Shown here piece by piece: positions 1 through 15,899 of a DNA stretch of 64,000 bases. Each line of letters begins with the position of its first letter. The stretch's first letter is position 1. The translations under genes were made by a program, and so were the position numbers. The DNA comes from the human T2T-CHM13v2.0 reference genome, Homo sapiens, in assembly GCF_009914755.1 (NCBI RefSeq), contig NC_060934.1; one strand, 5' to 3'. Below the pieces are notes generated by a model. The model was not told the DNA's origin and ran no database searches. It saw only the letters and a program-made list of their open reading frames with translations.

Positions 1-120
1 CAATACAAGTGCAGAATCTTCCTAGATCTGTTTTCTCTTACCCCCTCCTAATTCAACAGCAGGGATTTTTTTGTTTAACAGCCTGCTTTTACTGATTCTT
101 TCTGAAAGATTCATCATATT

Positions 121-476
121 TGCTGTGGGTTGAATGTGTCTCACAAAGTTCATGTGGCGAAACTTAATCTCCAATGCAAACACTGGGAGATGGGGGTCTA
201 ATAAGAGGTGATTGGGTCATCAGGTTCCTCGTGAATGGATTGGTGTCATTATGTAGTTAGGTTAGTTACTGTGAGAATGGGCTTGTTATAGGAGCAAGTT
301 CAGTCCCCTCTTGCTCTCTTGCCCTTCTGCCATGGGATGACACAGCATGAAGGCCCTTGCCAGATGTGGGCCCCTCAATCTTGCACTTCCCAGCCTCCAA
401 ACTGTAAGAAATCTGTTCTTCATAAATTAACCTGTCTTGGGTATTGTGATGTAGCAGCACAAAATGGACTGAGACA
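121..476 (+). mobile_element. MaLR solo LTR, MST family (MSTB/MSTD-like)
   Basis: Starts TGCTGTGGGTTGAATGTGTC and ends AGCAGCACAAAATGGACTGAGACA (TG...CA termini); internal cccagcctccaaactgtaagaaat. Confidence 0.85.
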
Positions 477-573
477 GTGTCCGTAGAAACAACTTTTCTA
501 TTCTCTTAAGTTTTTATAATACTTAAATTACATAATTGCAGCATCAAGTACAAATGTCATAAATATTTTTGGA

Positions 574-881
574 GGCTGGGAGTAGTGGCTCATGCCTGTA
601 ATCCCAGCACTTTGGGAGGCCAAGGCGGGTGGATCGCTTGAGCTCAGGAGTTTGAGACCAGTCTGGGAAACACGGCAAAACTGTGTCTCTACAAAAAATA
701 CAAAAATTTAGCTGGGCATGGTTGCACATACCTGTAGTCTCAGCTACTCAAGAGGCTGAGGTGAGAGAATTGCTGGAGCCCAGGAGGTCAAGGTTGCAGT
801 GAGCTGTGATCGTGCCACTGCACTCTAGCCTTAGGGACAGAGTGAGACCTTGTCTTCAAAAAAAAAAAAAAAAAAAAAAAA
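574..881 (+). mobile_element. Alu (AluJ-like), full length
   Basis: Alu dimer with A-tail. Confidence 0.92.
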
Positions 882-1129
882 GGTTTGGAAACAGAAATAA
901 CCAATTCTTAGTAAAATTTCTACTTAATCCAGGGGAGTTTAGAATGCAGAGTACTAGATAGCAGTCTATTAGACAAAAGCATTCAGTGTGCTGTGGGCCT
1001 CAGTCAGTGTGTTCTACAGGGAGAATGGAGTGTGTTCATTAGCACATTGTTACATGGAGGTCAGTTAAGAGAAGAGTCTAACATGTTGTAATTTTCCTTG
1101 CCTGTCTTCCTTGGTCGACTTCCAGTTCC

Positions 1130-1240
1130 TTGACAGTAAGGAAATCAGTCTTGTATGTGTTTGAGTTTAATCGCTGGTGCATGGTACAGTGCTTAGCATA
1201 TAGTGAGTGCTCAAGAAAAATACTTGTTGAATGAATTCAT
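1130..1240 (+). mobile_element. L2 3' end fragment
   Basis: acagtgcttagcatatagtgagtgctcaagaaaaatacttgttgaatgaat. Confidence 0.6.
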
Positions 1241-2034
1241 GACTGGCCATATTGACCTCAAGTGAATTCTAATCATAAACATGGAAACCTTTGCAATATC
1301 TTTAAAAATGTCAAGGTTGGTATGGCCATTGCACATAATTTATTATTTCATTGGCTTTTCCCCTTCTCATTCCCTCAGTCTTTGAGTCTTTCTCTGCTCT
1401 GTGCCAACTTCCTTCAATTTATTGTGTATTACAAGCTACCTGTGTTTATTATCATTCCAGTTTCCTGACAAAGATGCAAAAAGAATGTGTAGCAGTTTGG
1501 CTGCAATGGCGCTCTGCCCAAAGAGAGATGAGATTCTTAGGAAAATACAAAGTAGTTCCTTAGTTCTCTATTCTAGAGCTTAACCAATCCCAGGAACTGA
1601 AGTCTTCTGTTTCTTCACAGAGGAAATATGACAAAGGCAGTGGCTGTACAAGCTTCCTTCATGGGCCGCCCTCCCCACTGCCTCATCCAGTAAGCGGGAG
1701 CAACTACTTCTAGAGGTGAGAGGGGAGGGAGGACAATCTCCATAACCCATTCGATGCACCCAGCTGCAAAATTTTGGTATTGAGAAACTGAGCAAACAAT
1801 TTGTAGAGTTGCTATATTGAACTTTAAAGCAAAATAAGCCTACATAGGATTGAATGCTCAGGTGATACAAATGATGGTCTTTGATAGAAGCCTACAATCT
1901 ATATTTTGAAAGAAGCTACTTATAGCTGTATAATTCCAATAATCCCAAGATCCTGTTTCTATAGATATTAAAAGGTATTATGCATGTACATTTGAGATGA
2001 TTTTTAGCTTCCTAACCCATGAGAAAGTTCATCA

Positions 2035-2270
2035 GTAATATAATCATTATCATTTATTGAGCACTTACTATGTGCCAGGCACTATTTAAATTGTTTTTTC
2101 ATTTGATTTTTCAATTTTTATAGTAAACATAGGGTATATCTCCATTTACAGACGGTCAAAGTGGGAGGCCATGAGAAGGTAAATGACTTGCTCTCAGTCA
2201 CACAGGTAGTATGTAACAGAGTCAAAGCATCTACACCCATACTTGTCTAATTTTAAAGTTCTTAATCACT
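2035..2270 (-). mobile_element. MIR SINE
   Basis: catttattgagcacttactatgtgccaggcact ... aaatgacttgctctcagtcacacag. Confidence 0.65.
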
Positions 2271-3048
2271 GATAGTATGCCTAGGGTCCTGTCACATATT
2301 TGAGCTCTTAAAATCTGTGCCTTTTTTGATGAGGGGTCAGTGACCGAGAGCAGCCTAGATCTGCTGAACATTGTATCAGGAACTGAGGTGATGTTCCATA
2401 AGGCATTTGTAGTGCGTACTCACAGAAAGCTTAAGACAGTTTGTCATTTTTACCAAGGACCAGGTCCCTCAAAAGGATGGTCTGTTTCTAAGGTTCTTTA
2501 CGGAAGCAAATGAATGTTGAGTTCTTTTGGCCATTCATTCGCTCATTTATTCATCTAGTCATTCAGTAAACACTTATCTTTTTTTACTTGACAACTCATT
2601 GTATTTGAGTATCAGAGTCTCGGTTTTCAGGTTGAATTCATGTTTTGTGTTTATAAGAAGATAATGAAAATTCTTGAAGACATTCTCAAGCACAACAGAG
2701 GAAGGAGCACAGGGTTTGATTTCTACTTGTTTTTCAAGTGGGCTTCATCTGAGAACAAACTCTATTGTAACCTTTCTAGAATTTGGTGCCAATAAGAGTT
2801 AAAATAATAAAATCAGTACAATTAAATAGGAAATGAGTGTCTTTTATGTACAAGGCCTTAGATTAGGTAACAACAGTTGGTCATTCCTCTGGGAAATGGT
2901 TGCTAAAATTATAATCAACTGGCAGTCACTGATTGGCCTTGTTTACTTCATTGTGTCCCAGGAAAAAAAAGACAATCTCCTCTTATGACAAGATCTTGCA
3001 GAGATAATACCATTTCCGCCATAATCTTCATCCCCCTCCCATTTTCTT

Positions 3049-3376
3049 CTTTCTTTTCTTTTTCTTTTTCTTTTTTTTTTTTTCTTTTTTTTTTTTTGAG
3101 ACAGTCTCGCTGTGTCACTCAGGCTGGAGTGCAGTGATGTGATATCGGCTCACTGCAACCTCCGCACACCAGGTTCAATCGATTGTCATGTCTCAGTCTC
3201 CCAAGTAGCTGGCATTATAGGCGTGTGCCACCATGCCCACTAACTTTTGTATTTTTAGTAAAGACGAGGTTCCACCATGTTGGCCAGGCTGGTTTTGAAC
3301 CCCTGACCTCAAATGATCCACCCGCCTCGGCCTCCCAAAATGCTGGGATTACAGGCATGAGCCACCGTGCCCGGCC
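3049..3376 (-). mobile_element. Alu (AluS-like)
   Basis: Reverse Alu with T/TTTTC tail. Confidence 0.92.
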
Positions 3377-3436
3377 CCCACTCCTATTTTCTTAAGATTA
3401 ATTTGAGCTATTTAGTTAAGCTTTATTAAAAGTATT

Positions 3437-3745
3437 GGCCAGGCATGGTGGCTCACACCTGTAATCCCAGTACTTTAGGATGCTGAGGCAGGTGGATCAC
3501 CTGGTCAGGAGTTCAAGACCAGCTTGGCCAACATGGCGAAACCCCATCTCTACTTAAAAAAAAAAAAAAAAAAATAGGCGGGCGTGGTGGCCAGCACCTG
3601 TAATCCCAGCTCCTCAGGAGGCTGAGGAGAATCACTTGAACCCAGGTGGCAGAGGTTGCAGTGAGCTGAGATGGTGCCACTGCACTCCAGCCTGGGTGAC
3701 AGAGCAAAACTCCGTCTCAAAATAAATAAATAAATACATAAATAA
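3437..3745 (+). mobile_element. Alu (AluS-like) with (AAAT)n tail
   Basis: Alu dimer. Confidence 0.92.
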
Positions 3746-3835
3746 TCTACCAGACACTGTGCTAGTTTCTAAGGCTTTAGATGTGAAAGAGAACCCTTCC
3801 TTCAATAATCTCACAGAGGACTAAAAATTCAGAGG

Positions 3836-5300
<1,465 letters not shown>

Positions 5301-5862
5301 TTTCAGTCTGTGCTTTATGCTCCCTTTGTTGTAGTTACTCAATTAGTGCATCGTGAAAAGCATATTACCACAAAGCTAATGAAGCTAAAGCTTAAGTGCT
5401 CAGATGTGTGGGCTGCTTCCAAGGCCCTGGGAAGACCCCTAGCAAGTTTTACATGTTTATGTGTATTTGTAAATTTTGAAAAATCGGAAAGTTTACTGTG
5501 GGCCAAAATTACTCTTTCCACATTGAGTTACCCTCTCTTACTCTTGTGTGTGGCAATGTTGGAGTGGTCCCAAGCATTTTTGGGATTCAGCTGTGGGAAA
5601 GTTAAGCTGTGGATATACACTTTGTTTGAGTTTACTGGGATATATCTCTGTGGTTGCAGTCACTTTGATGTATAGTTATTGGTGGCCATCTCACTGCATA
5701 AATGATATCCAACAATGTGGATGTCACTCAAAGGTACAAGCCCTGCATTGTATTGAGACAGGAGTGTGTTCTAACACATCTGGCACTGGAATCTGCAAGT
5801 AGAAGAGCATGAAATGTGTGAAACCAAAAAGTGGCTGGTGGAAAAACTTTCCACTCACCCGA

Positions 5863-6340
5863 TGTCTTAGCCTGAACATCAGCCTGGTAGAAAGACTTGC
5901 ATGCAGGGAAGTTTATATGGAGTGCAGTCCCAGGAAGCAGGAGTTCAGGACAAGGAAAGTGAAATGAGAAGGAGGGAAAGAAAATTTAAGGATCTGATAG
6001 CGCCTAGGCAGCAGGTGTTCAATTCCACTAGAACCTTTTTAGGAACCTATGGAATGGAATGCTCTCAGAACTGTCTGCTTAAGTACAAAATGCGGGGGGG
6101 CGTGAGGGGATTTATCCCGTTGATTTCTCCCTCTTGTTTGCATATGCATAACTGCAGAATAAGTTTCAAGAGAAATCCTAAGGCAGGAAGTGAAATATTG
6201 AGCATTAGCAATGAGGCAGTGTCTGCCTGCACTGATGCACGAGCATGAAGCCACTGCAAGCCTGCGTGAACTAGTCACTGCGGCAGTGGAGGGAGTGAGC
6301 ACTGGGGCCTAGGGGGTTGGAAGTGGCTTTTTAGAGGTGT
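5863..6340. mobile_element. Old ERVL-type LTR relic (LTR33/LTR16-like)
   Basis: tgtcttag...gacttgcatgcagggaagtttat...cccaggaagcaggag resembles these LTRs; boundaries uncertain. Confidence 0.35.
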
Positions 6341-6421
6341 CCAACACTGTCAGAGGACCCTATTCCCCTTGATCCCTGGTTGAAATACACATTTTCTCTT
6401 GTTAGAAATATATACATTAGG

Positions 6422-6742
<321 letters not shown>

Positions 6743-7089
6743 TTAACAGTACTGCAAATTTCATCCAGAATGCCACTGTTAACATTTGTTTCTAGAGTTT
6801 TCTATATATAATTATGATTAATGCAATTAATTACAATGAATACAAATGGGAACATACTATAATATTCTACATGACTTTTTTTTAGAGTAGCCTTTCATAA
6901 CAATTGATGTAGCTCTTTTTTTTTTTTTTTTTTTTTAAATAGCTGCATAGCATTCTATTGCTGATAGAATCCTACTATATCCACGCTAGCTGCATAGCAT
7001 TCTAGTGTGGATATTGTAGAATTTACTTAACGGGGCTTTATCGTGGATGTTTAGGTGGTGACTTTTTTCTTATAGAAATATAAAAACTT

Positions 7090-7747
<658 letters not shown>

Positions 7748-7908
7748 AATCTAAGGTTTTTTTTAAAAAGCTTCTGGTGAAGAAAAAACATGTACAAACA
7801 ATTGTGAAAATGTTGCAAAAAATTTCCTCTCTTGAAATACATCCGTCTCTACAACTTAAAGGAGGATGAGTTAGGAAAGCCATAAACACAAATTCTACCC
7901 TAGGATCC

Positions 7909-8038
7909 TATTTTTGGTTGGTAGAGATGGGGGTTTCACCATGTTGGCCAGGCTGGTCTCGAACTCCTAACCTTGTGATCCGCCTGCCTCGGCCTCCCAA
8001 AGTGCTGGGATTACAGGCGTGAGCCACCGTGCCCAGCC
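7909..8038 (-). mobile_element. Alu left arm only (part of a composite insertion)
   Basis: 5' Alu monomer breaking at the middle A-rich linker. Confidence 0.88.
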
Positions 8039-9012
8039 CTTCTACACATTTTTAAGAGCTATTGGGGGAAAGTAGATCATGGGAATGGTGAGTAGGAATT
8101 ATGAAGGAATCTATAATAGAGAACACTGGGTTTTAAAAGTTGTTTGCATCTTTTTTCTCCTCTATAATGAAGATGAAGTGCTTGAAGTTTCTGGGGACAG
8201 GAAGCAAAAGTAAAATGCTAGGATTTTAGGACAATGAGGAAGACCTTGAAATATTTTCACCCTTTCATTTTTTTTTTTGAAGTTTATCATATGCACAAAA
8301 TTTACAGAAGATAATTAATACATTGGATAAGAATTTATCTAGATGATTAATTTTCCTTCTAATATCCAGAGATTTTTTGGGAGGGGGATAATCTTGATAG
8401 CTCTTTTCCCTTATATCACATAATTATTAACTATGTAATATATGTTTACTATTAAATGTATAATAATAAATAATAGCAATTCTACCTCGCTCCAAATTGA
8501 GGTCATCAGGAAGGACTTCCCAAAAAGAGGAGACTTGAGTGAGAAAAGGGGTTAAGGTCTGTCTTTCTTGTTTTTTTTTTTTGGTTTTAAAAACAAAACA
8601 AAACAAAAAAAACCATTACTTTCCCCTTCAAGCAGGTTTAAAAACCGACCTCATTCCTCTCCTTAAAACGCCTGTGACTGCAGCAAATGTACGGTGTGGT
8701 TTGATCTGCAGTGTTATTTAGCACATTGTCTGGGCTTAGGTAATTTTTGTTCAGTGACTGTGACAACAGGACCACATTTTTATGTATGACTTTTGTATAA
8801 TTACTGATCTTGTCTACTTGTGTTGTAGAAATCAGCCAAGAAATTAGCTTAGTTGAAATCAGTAAGTTTGGACTGTAAAACAAAGCTTCTAAATAATTAT
8901 TGGTCTAAAAACTAAAACCTTATAATGGAACAGAAGAGTAAATCATAAAACCAAAGCCCTAACATTTGGGCTTAGCAGCAGAAGTATAGATCTCTTTTAA
9001 AAATCTCCTACT

Positions 9013-9417
<405 letters not shown>

Positions 9418-10342
9418 CTACTAAACGGACTACTAAGTAGTCTGGTCAGTCCTCGTTTATCATTCTTATAAACGCTGCAGGCCTAAAGGAAAGACAGAAA
9501 TAGTCTCATTGGTTCTAAAATAAACCCCTTAGTTCTATAGAAGAACTACCTGTCTCTTGGGGAACATGAGAAGGTTCCCATCATCTCAGCCTGAAAGCCA
9601 TCTTTTGTCTTAGCCATGTTTTCCATTGCCCATCACTTACTAGGGAAACATTCCAATGAGTGTACAGTGAGTGTTACAGACCACCAAAAAAGATGAAGTG
9701 GAGATGCCCAGCATGCCTCACTGTTTATAAGAAAATATTTCCCCAAAAGATGGGAAAATCCGAGTCTTTAAATACTCAGAGAGAGAAATAATGGAAAAAA
9801 CTCTTCAGTCTCTGTTCTGTTGGTTCATGAGATTTTCTCACAAGTCATTTGGATGGGCCATTAAGTAAGTCACATAATGACTGGAATTTTCTATTAATTG
9901 CCTCACTTTGGGTTTCTGGCTAAAGTATCTGGCAGCAAGACTGAAGAACAAGCGAAAGAGAAAAGGAGTGGGTGGTGGTGGGAATGTGAGACCATCCATT
10001 GTTTGTTTATTGCCTGGAATCCTAACTTAGGGGAGAGGGCTGGAGGGCTGTCTTTGATAGGACCATCCACTTGGATGGCTAGAAGTAAATGACTTGGCTT
10101 CTTGTCTTTTAAACAGTTTAGGTTTCTTTGTTTCAGAGGGTTACTTTACTTTCTGTGTCTGCTGTTGTCACCGGGAAGTTCATGGATCGAATTCTCTGGC
10201 ATAGCGCACACACATTAGTTTGTCTTCTTATACGCATCAGTCATTAGCTGTCTTGGCTTTGGGAAATGAGAACTTAGTTTAATCCTAGTTTTCCTTTTGC
10301 TTTCTGCTTTCTGTTAATCCCTTTGTGGTATAGATCCTGAGT

Positions 10343-10761
10343 CTATCAGTCAGGATCCAACCAGAGAAACAAAACCAATAGGACACACACACACACACAC
10401 ACTCTTTCATCAAGGGATTTATTATAAGACTCTAGCTTATGTATTGTGGAGGATGTTTAAGAAAGCCCAAATTGATAGGACAGGTCATTAGGAAGAGAAG
10501 ATGACAAGCAGGCTGGAATCCCACAGGCACAGTCTGAAGTTGTTTTCTATGGGAGAAATTTCTTCTCTCCTTCAGAAAGTCTTAAGGCCCGGCTTTTAAG
10601 GCCTTCCAACTGATTAAGTCAGGTCTACCAAGAGTGATCTCCCTTAAAGTCAACCCATGAAGTCCCATTAGGGACTTCATTTGCATCTGCAAAATCCCTT
10701 CACAACAGCACCTAGATTAGTGTTTAATTGAATTACCAGGGATTGTTAAATTCATCAACAC
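10343..10761 (-). mobile_element. MLT2-type ERVL LTR with internal (CA)n
   Basis: tcagtcaggatccaaccagagaaacaaaaccaatagga...catctgcaaaatcccttcacaacagcacctagattagtgttt. Confidence 0.7.
10383..10402. repeat. (AC)10 microsatellite
   Basis: Direct reading. Confidence 0.9.
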
Positions 10762-11179
10762 ATTGGGAGAAGCCAAAGAGGAGCTGCCTGGAAAATCATC
10801 CTGCCACAGGTGTGCCTCTGCAGACGTTTATCAAATCGAGGTGGGGTCTCTGCTACTCTCTCCAAAAACCGTTTCTCTCTTAGTTATACAACTACCTGCT
10901 GTATACCTCACCCAGGAAAGCATGGTTGGCTAATCTTTGTCAGGATTGGACCTCACTCGGGTTTTCAAATGTTGCATGTAAAACAATTTTTTGACTGAAA
11001 AATGTTTTTCTATTGATAACCGTTTAGTGAGCTTTTTAAATATTTGTTTAAACTTAAACACTAAAGCATAAGGGCCACTGTCAATAGAAAACTAAGGCCT
11101 TATTTTACCAAGGAAACTATTAAAATGATTAGTTTGTGGGTATGGCTATAAAAGGGAAATAGGAAGGTCATTGTGGTGG

Positions 11180-11372
11180 TAGAAGTGTCCTATACTGTGG
11201 CTCTGTCAATGCTCATATCGTGGTTGTGACTCTGTGCTGTAGTTTTGCAAGATGTTACCATTGGGGGAAACTGGGGAAAAGTAAATGGGATCTTGAGCAA
11301 AATCCACAGGATCTTCCTGTTGTTCCTTACAATTGCATGTGAATATACAATTGTTTCAAAATTAAAATAAAA
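11180..11372 (+). mobile_element. L1MC-type 3' end fragment
   Basis: aagatgttaccattgggggaaactgggg...tgtgaatatacaattgtttcaaaattaaaa. Confidence 0.65.
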
Positions 11373-11489
11373 TGTTCCATTTTGTAACAGCAAAGGATTT
11401 TTCAAATAATATGAATAATCATTTCCTAATTGATCTTTTTAATCATATTAAAGAAGTAGACATCTATATATATTTAGCCCTGTGTTGGG

Positions 11490-11682
11490 AATTATATATA
11501 TTATATAGTATTATATAATAAATATATATATTTTATTTTTATATATAATACATTTTCATAGAGGGGGGCCTCACTATGTTACCTAGGCTAGACTCACTTT
11601 TGGGCTCAATCATCTTCCAGCCTCAGCCTCCCAAGTAGCTGGGACAATGGAGGCACACCACCATGACCACCATGTCTGGCTA
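11490..11682 (-). mobile_element. Alu monomer fragment with (TA)-degenerated tail
   Basis: cagcctcagcctcccaagtagctgggaca, preceded by an AT-only tract. Confidence 0.7.
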
Positions 11683-12028
11683 CTCAATATGTATTTGAGT
11701 GGAAGAAAGCATACGATGGGAAAATTGATGGTGACAGTTAAGTATAGTGTTGAATATAAAAACGTTTTGTAAAAATCAGGGTCAAATTATTAAATGAAAT
11801 ATTGGGTATAGTATAAGAAGATGGAGTCTTCTCTCTGTAATGATGACTTAGAGAAGATAGATAGCATAGCCTCAAAAAATAATGCCAGACATAAACATAA
11901 AGTATAAGTACAAAGGAAAACTCTAGAAATGTGGAGAGGGTAGTTTTAGGACAAATATAAAATATCTTTTAGCTCAGAAAGTTGTATACGTTGAAAATAT
12001 GTTTAAAAGGTTTAAATGCGATTTGTAG

Positions 12029-12430
<402 letters not shown>

Positions 12431-13397
12431 TAAATGTTGATGTCCTTGAGGGTAACCATACCTTTCCCAAATCTCCATTGATAAAACTGTAAAATCTGAG
12501 AACCACCTAGATTAGTTTTTCTCAATGTATAATATTTCTGGTCTTACTGCATGGAGATTTTTACAGAGAAGTGAAATTCAACCAGTCAATTTTAAAATAA
12601 CACTCCTGGCTGCTGCATGCACTGTGCCAAGACTGTTTAGCCACTAATGGAGAGGACTTGTCTACTTTGCTTCTCCTGGTTTTAAACAAAGTCTTTTAGA
12701 GGGTGACCACCTCAGTGAGTGCTACCTCCCTACTGTCAGAGTTGTTCAAGTGGCCAAAGAGCAGCAGCAACACTGTCATCGACGCTAATAGATAAATTCA
12801 GGGTCCTGTCCAGGAGAGGGCCCTGTATCAAATAAACCTCTACCCTCACCAAAAAATGTTAGATTTTTTTAAAGAAACCATGATTCCATATTCCACCAGT
12901 CAGCCTCACTGGCAGACGCATTAGTTCAGGCCTAACCAGGAGTGAGGATGTTCATGGCTGGACTGAAGGAACTGTCCTGCTAGGGAGGTCTGGGCCGGCC
13001 ACTTATGGGTCAGACTTTGGAATTTTTGGAAGTAGTAAAAGGAGGCTTTTGTCTCCCAGAATAGCAACAGTTATCATTTAAAACCAGTGGCTTCTATATA
13101 CAGCAAGTGCTTCTATATATACACTCATGTATTGTTTATATAGGACTATTTTAAGATCTGTGTCACATTTTTCTGGTGTATTTTATGGTGGGAAAATTCA
13201 ATTGGAAAAAATGTACTTAGATCTGGTGGGGATGGTAAGGTAAAATAAGTACTTAAAAAAAAAAGAAGATACACACAGTTTGTTTTTATTTTTATTTTAG
13301 CTTTCAGTACAGAAATAGCTAGGTGATAGTTTCCTAAATGAAATTGTATTGCTTCTCCTTAAGCAGGTTTGATTATAGCTCGTGTTCTAATACTAGA

Positions 13398-13690
13398 TTT
13401 TTTTTGCTTTTTTTTTGAGATGGAGTCTCGCTCTGTCAGCCAGGCTGGAATGCATGGCGTGATCTCAGCTCATTGCAGCCTCTACCTCCCAGATTCAGTC
13501 CTGCCTCAGCCTCCCGAGTAGCTGGGACTACAGGAGTGCACCACCATGCCTGGCTAATTTTTGTATTTTTAGTAGAGACGGGGTTTTGCCCTGTTGGCCA
13601 AGTTGGTCTCGAACTCCTGACCTGAGGTGATCCGCCCGCCTCGGCCTCCCAAAGTGCTGGGATTTCAGGTGTGACCGATTGCGCCTGGCC
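13398..13690 (-). mobile_element. Alu (AluS-like)
   Basis: Reverse Alu; TSD tctaatactag. Confidence 0.92.
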
Positions 13691-14136
13691 TCTAATACTA
13701 GGTTGATCTCCACAGTAGTCCGAAGACTTGCAAGGCACATATCAGCATTCATCCATGTATTCATTACAAAAATCTGAGTGTTTGTTACGTGGCTTGTAAT
13801 TCAGGGTTTATTTTTCTTTGGGTTTTGCCGGTGTTTAATTGAGAGGGAAATGGATAGAGAAATGACTTGTCTAAAATACTATTAAGAGTAATGTGGGTAT
13901 AGAGTCCCAGGCATTCCCATAGCCTAGGTACGGTGCGGCTGTGGCAGGGCAGCCCCAGTGGGTTGTGTGTGTTAGGGCAGTGAGTGAGGGGCTGGGGCTC
14001 TATAAGGGCTGACCCCTTCTTACCTGCTCTTTGTAGAGGGTGGCATCAAGCTAGGTGTTCTGGGAGAAAGGTGAGAAACAAGGAGCTTCCAGTCTAGCAG
14101 GGAAAAGATCACAAACTTAGTATAAGAAAGAGATGT

Positions 14137-14443
<307 letters not shown>

Positions 14444-15899
14444 TTAAGAGAAATTCAGATGACATTATAGGAGCTCAAAAATATAAAAGATAATTTCTAC
14501 TTTTGGGAATAGAACAGGCTTCCTGGTATGGGTGATATTATGTGTGGAATTAAGAGCAAGGTAAAAAAGGATTAAAAGGGCTCAAGCAGAGGAAGGGGTG
14601 AGTAGAGCCATGGAGGACCTGACTGTGAAAAGTCAAGTCTGGGCGGATGAAGCTTAAGAAGGGGAGAGTGGAGGTTGCAGTGTGGTGATGCCTTTGAGCC
14701 CTGCCCTAGGAACATTTTCTCCTTAATTCAGTAGCTGGTGGGAAGTGAGCACTGTGCATGCGTGATGGAATGCTGTGGTTATGTTATGGTGAGTAAGTCT
14801 TCCTTTGTGAATGGAGGAGTAGAGAAGAAACAGGAGTGTTGGCCGTTGGCTAGACTTGGCAGGGGCTGACACAAAGGTGGATCCGGAGTTGATCTGGAGC
14901 TGATGGCCTAATCAGGGAGACCATGTTGTAGCACACTGAGCTACAGGTGTGCAGATAACAAGCTGTGGGGTGAGGAGGCATGGAGCTGACTGATTTCAGA
15001 TATTTGAAGGCTGCTGTCAACCTCATCCCTGCCCAGATGTCTCTTCCATCTAAACGTCTCTGGCTTATGTAATTGTTCCTCCCGTGACATAGTTTGTATA
15101 TCGTACAGCATTTCCCCTCAGTTTGCCTCTTGTAAAATACAAGACCCAGACCTGAACTAAGATTCCAGATATAGCTAAATACGGGAGGAGAATTGCTTCT
15201 CTTATTCTGAAGTTGTGCTGTCCCCCAGTTATCATGACATGCCCTGTTGCTGGACCAGCATGTGATCTGTCTATGCTTAAGGGACCTGCTATCAACAAAG
15301 GGAAGGGGCAGGAAAGGGAGCCCTACCGAAGGGGCCACATGGAGGGTGTTCGCCTTGGAGCCTGAAGTCTGCTGAACCTACTTAGCCCCTCCTCTTATCA
15401 CAACATTACCTATTCCCCGTTCCTGTCTCCAGCCCCGTCTTCCGCCTCACCCACCCCTGTAGCTGTTGTCAACACCCTGACTCCCACCGGCTCTTTCCGG
15501 TGGTAGTTTTCCAGGTATACACAAATGTCAAGTTTCACTGAGCTGTGAAACTTATGCAGCTGTGTGTGTGTACCTATTCATTCATTCATTCTTCATTGAA
15601 AAGGAAGAAAAAGAGAAAAGACAAAGATTTCAGAGTTTTAAAGCCTGGGTGATTGGAAATCTAATGGTGTCATGTTCAGATCTAGGGACTCAAAGAGGGA
15701 GGTGTTATTTTGAAGAGGACAGCTGAACTGTCCTAATGACAGGCCTTTTCTCTGTGGTCAAGGCTACTTGGCAGAAGCAGGCCAGTTCGGGCCTCCGTGT
15801 TAGAAGCAGAAAGGGCTCGAGGGGAAAGCACACTAGCCAGACTCTAGAGTCTTCAGCATGTCACTTACACTGTGGCCCTCAGGCCCTTCCTCCACCACA

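Noticed and set aside
11462-11552. AT-only quasi-palindromic tract
   Set aside because: Best explained as a degenerated tail of the adjacent Alu monomer; short.
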